A DNA stretch of 64,000 nt from an uncultured Parachlamydiaceae bacterium (lineage in GTDB: Bacteria > Chlamydiota > Chlamydiia > Chlamydiales > Parachlamydiaceae), in contig CAVVXH010000010.1 of the NCBI GenBank assembly GCA_963752155.1, forward strand, positions 352,001 to 416,000, written 5' to 3'. Of the stretch, positions 39,017-49,467 are shown piece after piece. Positions within the stretch are counted from its first letter, which is position 1, and each line of letters opens with the position of its first letter. Under the pieces are notes generated by a model. That model was not told the origin of the DNA. It saw only the letters and a program-made list of their open reading frames with translations, and did not search any database. The position numbers were made by a program, and so were the translations under genes.

Positions 39017-40540
39017 TCAAAGCTCCTCTAATAGAAATCCTTCGGGGAAACGATAGAGGATGTCGCTGGCAGTCATGCAATAGGATGTTAGTTCTGCCGC
39101 AGCGTATTCTCCGGCTGTTCCATGAATGTAACAACCGAGTATCGCTGCATGTTTCGTCGACAACTTTTGTGCAAGAAGACCTGCTATCAAGCCTGTTAAG
39201 ACATCACCACTCCCCGCAGTGGCCATTCCAGGATCGCCCCGCGGAGAAACATAGATGGGACCTTCGGGATTGAAGATAAATGTTGGGCCTCCTTTAAGGA
39301 CCAGTGTGACCTGACGACTCATCGCAAAGGCAAGACAACTTTGTAAATAGTCTTTTGTAATGAGTGTTTTGTGAGAGTCGAGTTTGAGGAGACGATTCAT
39401 TTCCCCCTGGTGAGGAGTTAAAACGCTATGTATCGGGAAAGGGATATCCCATCCCTCACTACTAGCTAGAAAATTCAGCGCATCGGCATCAAATACACAG
39501 GGCACTTTTAAGTCAGGTAGGAGTTGACGTAGGATAGCGAATGTCGCAGGGTCTCTTCCCAGTCCTGGGCCAATGAAAACAGCTGATGCTTTGTTCATGA
39601 TCGATTCAATCTTTTGAATATCAGCAGGGTCATACGGGATTTTAATGAGCTCTGGGATACTTGAAGTTAATTCGACTTCCATTCCTTTAGGGTAAAGCAA
39701 GTGGACGATACCAGCTCCACTATGCAAGGCCGCGGAGGAAGACAATAGGGCAGCCCCGGGCATTCCAGGAGATCCGGCTAATGCAACAACATGGCCTGCC
39801 TCATATTTATTCCGAGTATGCTTGATTTTGGGCAGTAAAGGGGCAACGTCTTCTTTAGCCAGCATGATGTAATCGGTTTCTGATTCTTCAATGTAATTTT
39901 CAGGTAGACCAAAGTTTACATAACGCAATTTCCCCACACTATCCCATCCATTGTTTAGAAAGAATCCTAGTTTAGGTAGGCCTAAGAAGGCTGTTTCTGT
40001 CGCCGAGATGCTTTTACCATCCTTTTGACCTTCTCCGGTCGTTCCGTCGAGGCCCGAAGGAATATCTATAGCGATGATCGGCAATTCCGAAGCATTCATT
40101 TTATTGATGACAATGCCAAAAGGTTCTGAAATATCCCCTGAGAAGCCAGTTCCAAGAATTCCATCAACCAGAACTCCTTTCTGGGGAAAATAGAGCTTAT
40201 CTGGAAAATCGATCCGTAAAACGCGTCCACCTTCATCAATGAAACGTTTATAGCTTGCTTGACAAAGTTGACTACAATCATCAATAGGAACAAGCTGATA
40301 AGCCACTACATCATAGTCTAGGTGTAACAAGTGAATGCCTGCTACATAAGCATCCCCAGCATTGTTTCCTTTGCCGCAAACTAATTGAACGGTATGCTCG
40401 AGGTTATGGATTTCAATAAAGTCATGGATCACGAGGGCGATGCCACTACCAGCCTCCTCCATAAAATCGATTTCTGAAAACCCCTCTTTAAAAGCTAAAG
40501 TTTCGAGATATTTCATTTGTGGTGAGGTGACGATTTTCAT
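39017..40540 (-). CDS. nnr: Bifunctional NAD(P)H-hydrate epimerase/dehydratase
   Basis: MEEAG, GKGNNAGD, DIPSGL, IGPGLG, DADAL, LTPH.GE and ATAGSGDVLTG. Confidence 0.95.
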   Translation of the reverse strand: MKIVTSPQMKYLETLAFKEGFSEIDFMEEAGSGIALVIHDFIEIHNLEHTVQLVCGKGNNAGDAYVAGIHLLHLDYDVVAYQLVPIDDCSQLCQASYKRFIDEGGRVLRIDFPDKLYFPQKGVLVDGILGTGFSGDISEPFGIVINKMNASELPIIAIDIPSGLDGTTGEGQKDGKSISATETAFLGLPKLGFFLNNGWDSVGKLRYVNFGLPENYIEESETDYIMLAKEDVAPLLPKIKHTRNKYEAGHVVALAGSPGMPGAALLSSSAALHSGAGIVHLLYPKGMEVELTSSIPELIKIPYDPADIQKIESIMNKASAVFIGPGLGRDPATFAILRQLLPDLKVPCVFDADALNFLASSEGWDIPFPIHSVLTPHQGEMNRLLKLDSHKTLITKDYLQSCLAFAMSRQVTLVLKGGPTFIFNPEGPIYVSPRGDPGMATAGSGDVLTGLIAGLLAQKLSTKHAAILGCYIHGTAGEYAAAELTSYCMTASDILYRFPEGFLLEEL

Positions 40541-40564
40541 AAGCTTCTCTCTGTGGAATGCTCG

Positions 40565-41560
40565 TTATAAGGATTCTTCTTTCACAGTCCGTTGCATTAA
40601 TGCGTAAACAGCATTGAGCGGTTTTATTTCGCCTGAAATAATACTGCCGACAGTTTCAGTAATTGGCATCGCGACTTGGTACTTTTTGCTTAATTGCAGG
40701 GCTGAAATACATGTATATCTTCCTTCGACAACCATTTCAATCTTTTTTTCAGCATCATTAGGATTTAATCCTTGGGCTAATAACATTCCGTACCGAAAGT
40801 TGCGGCTGATAGGGGAGTTACATGTCAATACAAAATCCCCCATGCCTGAAAGTCCATTCAGGGTATTTGGATCGCATCCTAAGGCAATTGACAATTTTCG
40901 TACCTCATGTAGGCCGCGCGTCATTAAGGCAGCTTTGGAGCTAGCCCCGAGTTTAAGGCCTTCGGAAATGCCGCAAGCAATAGCAATCACATTTTTGAGG
41001 GCGCCTCCATAACAGGCTCCATAAATGTCACTATTGGGGTAGACTCTGAAGCTTTGGGTCGTGAAGGCGTCGCAAATAAAATGCATTGCTTCTTTAGCAA
41101 AGGCTGAGCTGACGATAGAAGTCGGTAGACCGCAGATAACCTCTTCAGCAAAGCTTGGACCGGTGAGCAATCCCACTTGATGACGAACATTTTCACCTAA
41201 TATTTCAATGATCACATTTGGCAAAATGAGGCCACTATTTTGTTCAATTCCTTTTGAAGTGACTACAATTGGGCAATGTGGAATCCCCAAGACTTTTACT
41301 TTTTCAAAAACAGGTCGAAGTCCTGCTGAAGTGACCGATTCTATTAAAAGATCGTAGTATCGAGAGCTTCGCTAGATTCGTCGTAAAACTCATCTCTCCG
41401 CAAGAACAGTGTGACGGAAAAGAAGGGTGGACTCTGCTTGCTGTGAGTTCTTTTGCCAAAGTTTCTTTGTGGTCCAGGAAATAGTCTTATATCCTTTTGC
41501 TGCAAGCAAGCTAGCTAAGCAAAAACCCCAGCTGCCGGTTCCTAAAACTGCAATTTTCAT
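40565..41560 (-). CDS. gpsA: NAD(P)H-dependent glycerol-3-phosphate dehydrogenase, with frameshifts at about 41290-41470
   Basis: N-terminal MKIAVLGTGSWG from 41560; SKGIE, GPSFAEEV, GALKNVIAIACG and TC.S..SRN. Confidence 0.92.
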
Positions 41561-42627
41561 TTAATTCTCTCTTGCTCATTGATAGATTGCACTAAGGATT
41601 CTACTTTTCTATAGACTTCGTCGACGCTAATTTGTTTCATACAAGGAAAATCGATAGGACAAACGCGCTTATAGCATGGTGAGCATTTAACATGCTTATG
41701 TATGACAGTCCCTGAGCCATAGGGACCTGTTGTAACTTCATTAGTTGAACCAAAAAGAGCAATTAGAGGAACTTTTAGGGCTGCTGCAATGTGCATGGGT
41801 CCACTATCGTTTGTCAGAAATACTGAACAGCATTTGATTAATGCGATGAGTTCACGAAGAGAGGTTTTTCCTGCTAAATTGATCACTCGTTCTTTGGGGA
41901 GTTCTTGGCAGATGGCATCGACAAGTGAGGTTCCGGCTTGGTCTCCAAAATAAATCACTTGCAGAGAATTGCGATGGAGGAGTTGTTGAGTGACTTCAAC
42001 AAAGCGTTCTGGGAGCCAACATTTGGCTGAGCCATAGGCTGCCCCAGGGTTTATCCCTAAAATGAGATCCTTTTCTAAAGTGATTCCCTTGAAAGCAAGA
42101 AACTCTTTTGCAGTTTGTATTTCTTCTTTGGTTAGGTATAATTGTGGAGAGGTGTTGCTGATCGGGATTCCGAGCGGTTCAAGAATCTGTTTGTACGTTG
42201 TTACGAGATGTTGTTCATTCTTTTTGGTTGGCATGGGAACAGCTTTGGATAATAGCCATGAACGCATAGAGTCTTTAAAGCCTAGGCGGTATTTCACCCG
42301 TCCACGCCAAAACCACAGGGCAGAGGAAAATGAATTTGTAAAAAGTATGCCAAGGTCGTATTCTCCACTTTGGATGTCTTGGATGACGTCAAAGTGGTTA
42401 AAACGATGAATCCACCCACTTGGCTTTTTATAAGTAATGATGACGTCAATATTGGGATTATTCTCCAAAAGAGGGGCTACGTTAGATAGACAAAGGGCAG
42501 TGATTTTTGCTTGGGGAAAGTGATTTTTTAAATCTGCAATAGCGGCTGTAGACATCACTAGATCCCCAAGCCAATTGGGCATTTTTAGAAGAATATTTTT
42601 AGGGGGAGAGGGGGGCCAGTTGCTCAT
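41557..42627 (-). CDS. waaF: Lipopolysaccharide heptosyltransferase II (GT9)
   Basis: PNWLGDLVM, NPGAAYGSAKCW and NDSGPMHIAAA. Confidence 0.9.
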   Translation of the reverse strand: MSNWPPSPPKNILLKMPNWLGDLVMSTAAIADLKNHFPQAKITALCLSNVAPLLENNPNIDVIITYKKPSGWIHRFNHFDVIQDIQSGEYDLGILFTNSFSSALWFWRGRVKYRLGFKDSMRSWLLSKAVPMPTKKNEQHLVTTYKQILEPLGIPISNTSPQLYLTKEEIQTAKEFLAFKGITLEKDLILGINPGAAYGSAKCWLPERFVEVTQQLLHRNSLQVIYFGDQAGTSLVDAICQELPKERVINLAGKTSLRELIALIKCCSVFLTNDSGPMHIAAALKVPLIALFGSTNEVTTGPYGSGTVIHKHVKCSPCYKRVCPIDFPCMKQISVDEVYRKVESLVQSINEQERIK

Positions 42628-42859
42628 AGAATCTCTAGGGGTTTCTTTGCATCATAGCGAAAGTTTACACGAAATTCAATATAAAAGAGAAGGTTATGCA
42701 ATTTCTGAGCTGCTATTCGAAGTTCATTATTTATTAAAATTTTTATGTAATTAAGCTTGATTTTTATTAATGAAATTAGTAAAACATTTTTTGATGGCGA
42801 GGTGTCATCTAATGTGAATTAAAAAAAATGGAGGTTATTATGAATAAAAAAAAGATGCT

Positions 42860-43963
42860 CTAAACGGTTTTGTTTGTAAGATTTTCATATCCATTTGAGG
42901 TGATAACGACCGTATCTTCAAGACGAACTCCTCCGATATTTGGCAAATAGATCCCTGGTTCAATAGTGATTACCATACCTTCCTGCAAAGGAAGATTCTT
43001 ATCGATCGATTTTTGATTCAGAGTCGGAGCCTCGTGGATTTCAAGACCTACGCCATGACCTAAATTGTGAGTAAAATTTTCTCCATAGCCTTTCTTGGTG
43101 ATGTAGTCACGGGCTGCCTTATCGAGATCCTTAATTCGAGTGCCAGGAATGCAAAGTTCAAGTGCACGTCTTTGGGCTTCACGGACTATCTCATAAATGA
43201 CAGTTATTTCTTCTTGAGGGGAGTCAAAATAAACAACGCGTGTCATATCCGAGTGATAATGTTGGACATTAACCCCGATATCAATGAGAACGCTATCGCC
43301 TTTTTTAAGGCGAGTCTTTCCTGGTCGATAATGGGGCATAGAGCCATTCGCACCAAATGCAATGATGGGATCAAATGCCAGACCTTTGCTTCCTTTCCTT
43401 TTCCAAAAAATTTCAAGCTCTAGCGCAAGTTCGCTTTCAGAAATCCCTGAAGAAAGGCTATTGCAAATAAAATCAAAGCCTTCAGATCCTAAATCTGCAG
43501 CCTTTTTGAGAAGTGCAATCTCTTCGGCATCTTTGATGCAACGTAACATTTTAAGTGGCGCAGGGAGAGCCGTCAACTTTATGGTGTTGCCACTTCGTTT
43601 TTTTAGAGCTAAGCACAACTTTTTTAATTCTAGATAGCGGCTATAGGATGTGACAGTACTATCAAAGCCAAGTGTTTGAATGTTGTTTCTTTCAGGAATC
43701 CATTCTTGGATTGCATTCTCTTCTAAAAGCTTGACAGTGAAAGGAGAAAGTTTTTGACAAGTTTCGAAATAGCGTGAATCCACAAATAAGCAAGCTCCTT
43801 CACCATCCACAAAAAGTTTGCCCGCAGAAAGTTCAATTCCTGTCATGTAGTAGAGATTAATCACTTCTTCGATGAGGAGAAGATCGCAATTCGCTTCCTG
43901 AATATGAGTTTGTAATCTTTTTAAACGTTGCTTATAATTCATGTCTGTTTTCCTGTTAATCAT
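42860..43963 (-). CDS. Xaa-Pro aminopeptidase (M24 family)
   Basis: IDIG...SDMTR, HNLGHGVGLEIHE, TIEPGIY and GVRLED; start may be 43942. Confidence 0.92.
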   Translation of the reverse strand: MINRKTDMNYKQRLKRLQTHIQEANCDLLLIEEVINLYYMTGIELSAGKLFVDGEGACLFVDSRYFETCQKLSPFTVKLLEENAIQEWIPERNNIQTLGFDSTVTSYSRYLELKKLCLALKKRSGNTIKLTALPAPLKMLRCIKDAEEIALLKKAADLGSEGFDFICNSLSSGISESELALELEIFWKRKGSKGLAFDPIIAFGANGSMPHYRPGKTRLKKGDSVLIDIGVNVQHYHSDMTRVVYFDSPQEEITVIYEIVREAQRRALELCIPGTRIKDLDKAARDYITKKGYGENFTHNLGHGVGLEIHEAPTLNQKSIDKNLPLQEGMVITIEPGIYLPNIGGVRLEDTVVITSNGYENLTNKTV

Positions 43964-43969
43964 GTCCCA

Positions 43970-45835
43970 TTAAAAAAGTTTGGCGATATCCTGTGAAGTC
44001 AAATGAACACATGTAGCCTTGCCATAAGGACATTGCTTAGGGTATTGGCATTGCATTAACTTGTCAAGAAGATGCTGAGCCTCTGTTAGACTTAGTCGAG
44101 TTTCAGATCCAATGGCCGCGCGACTGGCGGCCTGAGCTAATTTTTTCTTTATTTCTATTTCAAAAGCTTTGGAATGAGTTCCTTCTCGGTTGTTTTTAAT
44201 CATCTCGTCGATTAATTTGTGCACGTCAATATTTCCAAAAACTTGAGGCAAGGCATCGATCACAAAACACGTAGGACCGAATTCTTTGATGTGAATACCA
44301 GATTCTTGTAAAAATGTAAGATGCTCACGTAAAAAAGAAGCTTCCGAAACGGGAAGTTCTAGAAGATGAGGGATCAGGAGCATTTGTAGCTCGAGATTTT
44401 CAGTTTGAGAGTTAAGAAGCTTTTCATAGATAATGCGGGCATGAGCTGCACGTTGATCAATTAGAACGAGGCTCTGGCTCTCTTCTTCACCATCCAAGGC
44501 AATGATATATTTATGGTAGAGTCCTAAGACTTTTACCGTTTTACGGATTTCTGTAGAAGGGGTTAGGGCAGAAAACATTCTGACGTCGGATTTTTCTGCA
44601 AGTGATGGTGTAGTTGGTGTTTTGATGTTTGGTGACTGATAGGGTCTATCTGAAGATCCAAATGGGTCTTTTGGTCTAAAGAAATTGGTTTCATTTGTAT
44701 CTATATCAAATGAAGGTAAGTACTGTTTCGGAAATTCGCGTGTAGGAGATGGCTTAGATGGGAATTCAAAGGATCTGTCGAATGCATTTATAGGGGTTAA
44801 GGAAGGCTCGGGAAAAGCCTTCTTCCCTTTTTGTAAGGCTCCTTCAACGCCAAAGATAATAAGTTCTTTCAGTAAACGTTCTTGTCGTAAACGCACTTCT
44901 TTTTTTTGAGGATGAACATTGACGTCTAAAAGATGTGTGGGAAGGGTTAAATGGAGAACATAAATAGGATGACGTCCAGTTGGAACCATTGTGCCATAGC
45001 CGTCACGTACCGCAAAACTGATCATCGGCACTAGAACACCCCGTTTATGAATAAAGAGGTGTTGCCCTGAACGGTTATGACGAGTAGCCATTGGATCGCC
45101 AATAAAACCTTCGACTTGACATTCCCCGCGGTTATTTTGAATGGGAATGAGGCTATTGTAAAATTCTATTCCTAAAAGTTGGCGGATCCGTTCTCCCAAT
45201 TCCTCTAAAAAGGATTCTTTATTATTGCGCGAAACGGAGATTAAGGTTTCTTGATTGCTAATCAGAGTAAATTGTACTGATGGGTTACCAAGTGCTAATT
45301 GGGTGACAATGCGTTGAATTTCCGAGGTGTCGTATGAAGGGGATTTCTGAAATTTTTTTCGTACTGGAACATTGAAAAAAAGGTCTTTAACTTCGATTGT
45401 AGTGCCGAAAGCACATTCCACAGGGGAACAATTGCAAATTTTACCTCCGTCAACGATGAGGAGTGTTCCGAGTTCATTTTGACTATGTTCACGTGTAAAA
45501 AGTGTAAATTTTGAAATAGAGGCGATTGAAGGGATAGCTTCCCCGCGAAAACCCATTGTTCCTACACCATCGAGCCCATCGATCTCTCTGAGTTTAGAAG
45601 TCGCATGCCGTTCAAGACAAAGCAAAGCATCATCTTTATTCATTCCACAGCCATTATCAGTGATGCGAATGAGTTGTCGGCCACCTCCTTTGATTTCTAT
45701 TGAGATTTCAGTTGCTTTTGCGTCGAGTGCATTTTCGACAAGTTCTTTAACGACAGAGGAGGGATTTTCGATCACTTCTCCGGCAGCAATTTTATTGATG
45801 GTGTCCTCAGAGAGGACTCTAATTTTTGAAGGCAT
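43970..45835 (-). CDS. mutL: DNA mismatch repair endonuclease MutL
   Basis: IAAGEVIE, KELVENALDA, GFRGEA, DVNVHPQK, DQRAAHARI and CPYGK. Confidence 0.96.
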   Translation of the reverse strand: MPSKIRVLSEDTINKIAAGEVIENPSSVVKELVENALDAKATEISIEIKGGGRQLIRITDNGCGMNKDDALLCLERHATSKLREIDGLDGVGTMGFRGEAIPSIASISKFTLFTREHSQNELGTLLIVDGGKICNCSPVECAFGTTIEVKDLFFNVPVRKKFQKSPSYDTSEIQRIVTQLALGNPSVQFTLISNQETLISVSRNNKESFLEELGERIRQLLGIEFYNSLIPIQNNRGECQVEGFIGDPMATRHNRSGQHLFIHKRGVLVPMISFAVRDGYGTMVPTGRHPIYVLHLTLPTHLLDVNVHPQKKEVRLRQERLLKELIIFGVEGALQKGKKAFPEPSLTPINAFDRSFEFPSKPSPTREFPKQYLPSFDIDTNETNFFRPKDPFGSSDRPYQSPNIKTPTTPSLAEKSDVRMFSALTPSTEIRKTVKVLGLYHKYIIALDGEEESQSLVLIDQRAAHARIIYEKLLNSQTENLELQMLLIPHLLELPVSEASFLREHLTFLQESGIHIKEFGPTCFVIDALPQVFGNIDVHKLIDEMIKNNREGTHSKAFEIEIKKKLAQAASRAAIGSETRLSLTEAQHLLDKLMQCQYPKQCPYGKATCVHLTSQDIAKLF

Positions 45836-45855
45836 TATGATTTTTTTTAATTGTT

Positions 45856-46000
45856 AAAGGACGGCAAGGACGACAAGGACAGCAAGGACGACAAGGACAA
45901 CAAGATAAGGCAAGCATCCTTAATGATGAAAATTTCTATTGACCGATTGGTTCCGCGTTTCCTGTTGTCCTTGTTGTCCTTGTCGTCCTTGCTGTCCTTT
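45856..46000. repeat. Family D inverted 9-bp satellite
   Basis: Five AAGGACRRC units (45857-45901), a spacer, then about four inverted units (45963-45999). Confidence 0.9.
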
Positions 46001-46110
46001 CCACCCTATATCTTAACATCTCTCCATAGTCTTAGTCAAATAGTAGCTAACAAATTATTTTTATGCTATTTCTAAATCTAGTTAGTATTACCAAAAAGCA
46101 AGGGGGGGAT

Positions 46111-47790
46111 ATGATCTTGCGGACAATTAAGGGCTTGGCAACGTTTGTAGGAACGGCTGCACTGTTAGGATTTTCTTTTCAATTATTTGCTGCTGAGCCG
46201 ACGAACGAGAAAACTGAAAAACAAAGCTCAGCGACCAAAAAACCTAATATTCTCGTCATTTATGGAGATGATATCGGTTGGTTTAACATCGGAGCTTATC
46301 ACCAAGGGATCATGTCAGGAAAAACGCCGAATATCGATAAGTTGGCGGCAGAAGGAATGCGTTTTACCGATTATTATGCTGAAGCAAGTTGTACAGCAGG
46401 CCGTGCAAATTTTATTACGGGAGAGCTTCCTATTCGCACAGGTTTGACGACCGTTGGACAAGCCGGAGCAGATGTCGGTATTCCGGCAGAAGCATGTACA
46501 CTTGCTACCGCGTTGAAGGCCATGGGTTATGCTACAGGTCAATTTGGAAAGAATCATTTTGGGGATTTGAATAAGTATCTACCAACTCTTCATGGATTTG
46601 ATGAATTTCATGGCTATCTGTATCATTTGGATGCGATGTCGGATCCTTATTGGTACTCGTATCCAAAAGATCCTGCTTTCCGTGAAAAATATGGTCCGCG
46701 CAATGTACTCCATACTTGGGCGACAGATACGGTCGATGAAACTGTAGACAAACGGTGGGGGAAAGTCGGCAAACAGAAAATTGTGGATGATGGCCCATTA
46801 CCACCTTCTCCAATGCCTGGCATAAAATATAACATGGAAACTTTTGATGATGTCCTCGTAGACGATGTCATAGCTTTTATGGAAAAGGCTCAAAAAGATG
46901 GAAAGCCATTCTTTATTTGGCATAATCCTACACGCATGCATGTCTGGACACACCTTTCAGATAAGTATAAAGCATTAATGAATAGCGAAACGAACTATGG
47001 TATAGAAGAAGCCGGTATGGCTCAGCTGGATGATATCGTTGGAACTCTTATGCAGAAGCTTAAAGATCTAGGGATCGATGAGAATACCATTGTGATCTTT
47101 AGTACCGATAACGGGGCCGAAGTATTTACCTGGCCTGATGGCGGGATGACTCCATTCAGGGCTTCTAAAGGAACGATTTATGAGGGAGGCTTCCGTGTTC
47201 CTTGCATCGTTCGTTGGCCAGGAAATATTAAGCCGGGATCTGTAGAAAACGGAATCTTCTCAGGCCTTGATTGGTTTCCAACTTTAGTTGCAGCTGCAGG
47301 AGATCCTGAAATCTCTAACAAATTGTTGAAGGGAGTGAAGTTAGGGGACAGAACTTATAAAAATCATCTTGATGGTTATAATCAAATGACGCTCCTGACA
47401 GGCAAAGGGCCGTCAAATAGACATGAAGTTTTTTATTTTGCCGGTGCCCAGCTTGGAGCAGTGCGCATTGATAACTTTAAGTTTCAATTCTTTGATCAAC
47501 CTACAGGTTGGCCGGGGGCTAAAATAACGTTAGATATGCCTACTTTGTATAATATCCGTCAGGATCCTTTTGAGCGTACTCCTATTACGAATATTTTGGA
47601 GGGATCGGGGGATTATTTGACCGGTTTTTACGCTCGTGAGTTTTGGCGCTTTGTTTTTGTTCAAGATGTAGTAGCCAAGCTTGGTGAAACGGCGATTGAG
47701 TATCCTCCGATGCAAGATCCTGCCTCGTTCAATTTGTCTGAAGTGAAAAAGAAAATTGAAGAGGCCATTAAAGCTCAGCAAGGGCAGTAG
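46111..47790 (+). CDS. Exported arylsulfatase (formylglycine type)
   Basis: Signal peptide; KPNILVIYGDD, SCTAGRA (CxAxR), FGKNH, STDNG and EGGFRVP. Confidence 0.92.
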   Translation: MILRTIKGLATFVGTAALLGFSFQLFAAEPTNEKTEKQSSATKKPNILVIYGDDIGWFNIGAYHQGIMSGKTPNIDKLAAEGMRFTDYYAEASCTAGRANFITGELPIRTGLTTVGQAGADVGIPAEACTLATALKAMGYATGQFGKNHFGDLNKYLPTLHGFDEFHGYLYHLDAMSDPYWYSYPKDPAFREKYGPRNVLHTWATDTVDETVDKRWGKVGKQKIVDDGPLPPSPMPGIKYNMETFDDVLVDDVIAFMEKAQKDGKPFFIWHNPTRMHVWTHLSDKYKALMNSETNYGIEEAGMAQLDDIVGTLMQKLKDLGIDENTIVIFSTDNGAEVFTWPDGGMTPFRASKGTIYEGGFRVPCIVRWPGNIKPGSVENGIFSGLDWFPTLVAAAGDPEISNKLLKGVKLGDRTYKNHLDGYNQMTLLTGKGPSNRHEVFYFAGAQLGAVRIDNFKFQFFDQPTGWPGAKITLDMPTLYNIRQDPFERTPITNILEGSGDYLTGFYAREFWRFVFVQDVVAKLGETAIEYPPMQDPASFNLSEVKKKIEEAIKAQQGQ

Positions 47791-47799
47791 AATCGTCCG

Positions 47800-47841
47800 A
47801 TATTCTGACATTTGTTCAACGATTTACAAGTGTCAGAATAT
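47800..47841 (+). terminator. Hairpin after the sulfatase gene
   Basis: atattctgacatttgt...acaagtgtcagaatat. Confidence 0.6.
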
Positions 47842-47924
47842 GTCTCAGTCTTGACAACTATTTATTAATTAAACTACAATAATTCTAGAACAATTTTTTT
47901 AATCCCAACAAAAGGAAATGTCAA

Positions 47925-48740
47925 ATGCACGTAAGTCCTATAATCAAGACAGAAAATTTAGGAACTTTATTGGAATTTTCTGAAAAAAATACACTTTTTA
48001 TAAGTGATATTACCAATACTCTTTATAGACCATGTAATACAATGTCTGATAAAAAATGGCGCACTTACATGGCGAATCATATTCGTGGAATTATACCTGA
48101 TACTACTCAAGCATTAAAAATAGCCAATCGTATCGAAAATAAGATCGTTAATCAAGTCGATAAACAATTGGTTCATAATAACGCACCCAAGGTCATTGGA
48201 GAACTCCAAAAACAAGAAATCCCTTTTTTAGCTATTACTATGAAAAGTTGGGCTGCTCCTTATGATCCAAATTTCGGCATAACGACTTCTCAGCATTTAA
48301 AGAAATTAGGAATTGATTTAGAAAAATCGGTTCCTTTACTTGGAAATATAGAGACAGATAAAACCGAGGAATATACGTTTGCTAAAGGAATCATCTTTAC
48401 CAACAAAAAGCCTCTGAATGCCTCTTTGAATGCATTTTTAAATAGGATGGAAAAAAAACCGGAAAAAATTATCATTCTTGAAAATTCGATTACCCATAAA
48501 GAAAAGTTAGAAGCTGTTATTAAAGCGCATAACATTGCTATAACTTATGTCTTGCATAGTTCATCTGACGAGCAAACTATTTTTGATCCCGATTTAGGTA
48601 CTATTGAGTTTATTGAATATATGAATAATTCAAAACTCATTTTGGATAAAGAGGCTAATGAAATTAAAAATAAAAATCCTTCTGTTAATTATGGAGATCT
48701 ATTAACGCAATATATTTTAAATGAAGGATTCGTATGTTGA
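47925..48740 (+). CDS. DUF2608-like (degenerate HAD-fold) protein
   Basis: NTLFISDITNTL, KGIIFT and KPEKIIILEN; TTGACA...TACAAT upstream at 47851-47880. Confidence 0.6.
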   Translation: MHVSPIIKTENLGTLLEFSEKNTLFISDITNTLYRPCNTMSDKKWRTYMANHIRGIIPDTTQALKIANRIENKIVNQVDKQLVHNNAPKVIGELQKQEIPFLAITMKSWAAPYDPNFGITTSQHLKKLGIDLEKSVPLLGNIETDKTEEYTFAKGIIFTNKKPLNASLNAFLNRMEKKPEKIIILENSITHKEKLEAVIKAHNIAITYVLHSSSDEQTIFDPDLGTIEFIEYMNNSKLILDKEANEIKNKNPSVNYGDLLTQYILNEGFVC

Positions 48741-49339
48741 AATGGATGATCGTATTGGGTGTTGCTTTTTCTGTTACTTTAAGCGCCGAAACTAAGGTGT
48801 TGGCTTTCTCAGGAAGTTTGCGAGCTGATTCAGCTAACAAAAAATTGGTTCTTGAAGCAGCAAATGTGGCTAGTCAGATGGGAGCCAACGTTACAGTTAT
48901 AGATCTGAAGGATTATCCAATGCCTTTTTATGATGGAGACCTAGAAATCAAAGAAGGAATGCCTCTGAAGGCCAAGGAATTAAGGAAGTTGATGATTCAA
49001 AGTGATGTCATTTTGATTGCCTCTCCCGAATACAATGCTTCTCTCTCAGGAGTGCTAAAAAATGCCATTGACTGGGCATCGAGAGATGAAAAAGGGGGTA
49101 GTTCGAGAGAAGCTTTTAAGGGGAAAACATTTGCTATAATGGCTGCTTCTCCTGGGTCAAGTGGTGGCGCTAGGGGATTAATCCATCTACGAACAATTTT
49201 ATCAGATATCGGAGGAAATGTTATTCCTATTCAAGTGGCCGTGCCAGGTGCATACAATGCATTTGATGAAAAAGGACACCTGAAAAGCGAAAAATTAAAA
49301 ATGGAAGTCAGAGAGGAAGTAGAAGCTGCCATAAAGTGA
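48734..49339 (+). CDS. NAD(P)H-dependent FMN reductase
   Basis: FSGSLR..S.N and SPEYNAS.SGVLKNAIDWASR. Confidence 0.92.
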   Translation: MLKWMIVLGVAFSVTLSAETKVLAFSGSLRADSANKKLVLEAANVASQMGANVTVIDLKDYPMPFYDGDLEIKEGMPLKAKELRKLMIQSDVILIASPEYNASLSGVLKNAIDWASRDEKGGSSREAFKGKTFAIMAASPGSSGGARGLIHLRTILSDIGGNVIPIQVAVPGAYNAFDEKGHLKSEKLKMEVREEVEAAIK

Positions 49340-49353
49340 TGTTCATCCAACGG

Positions 49354-49396
49354 TTCCCGCCCGTGCCCGTGCCCGAAAATTAGCGGGAATTGCTGA
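49354..49396. repeat. Family C element, collapsed copy
   Basis: ttcccgcccgtgcccgtgcccgaaaattagcgggaattgctga. Confidence 0.7.
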
Positions 49397-49402
49397 AGGA
49401 TC

Positions 49403-49454
49403 TTGCTAAGATTAGGAAAATTAGTATAATCTAGATTATTATAATCATGATTAT
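49403..49454 (+). promoter_or_regulatory. Promoter overlapped by two tandem 14-bp palindromes (putative operator)
   Basis: TTGCTA-16 bp-TATAAT; ATAATCTAGATTAT at 49426-49439 and ATAATCATGATTAT at 49441-49454. Confidence 0.6.
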
Positions 49455-49467
49455 ATAAGGTGGCATC

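Noticed and set aside
42830..42863. Strong GGAGGT RBS followed by MNKKKML*
   Set aside because: Only 7 codons and collides with the end of the aminopeptidase gene; possibly a deletion scar, but unsupported.
45851..46075. 74-aa ORF; likewise the ORF at 38947-39273
   Set aside because: Both begin in family D repeat units, and the second is antisense to nnr.
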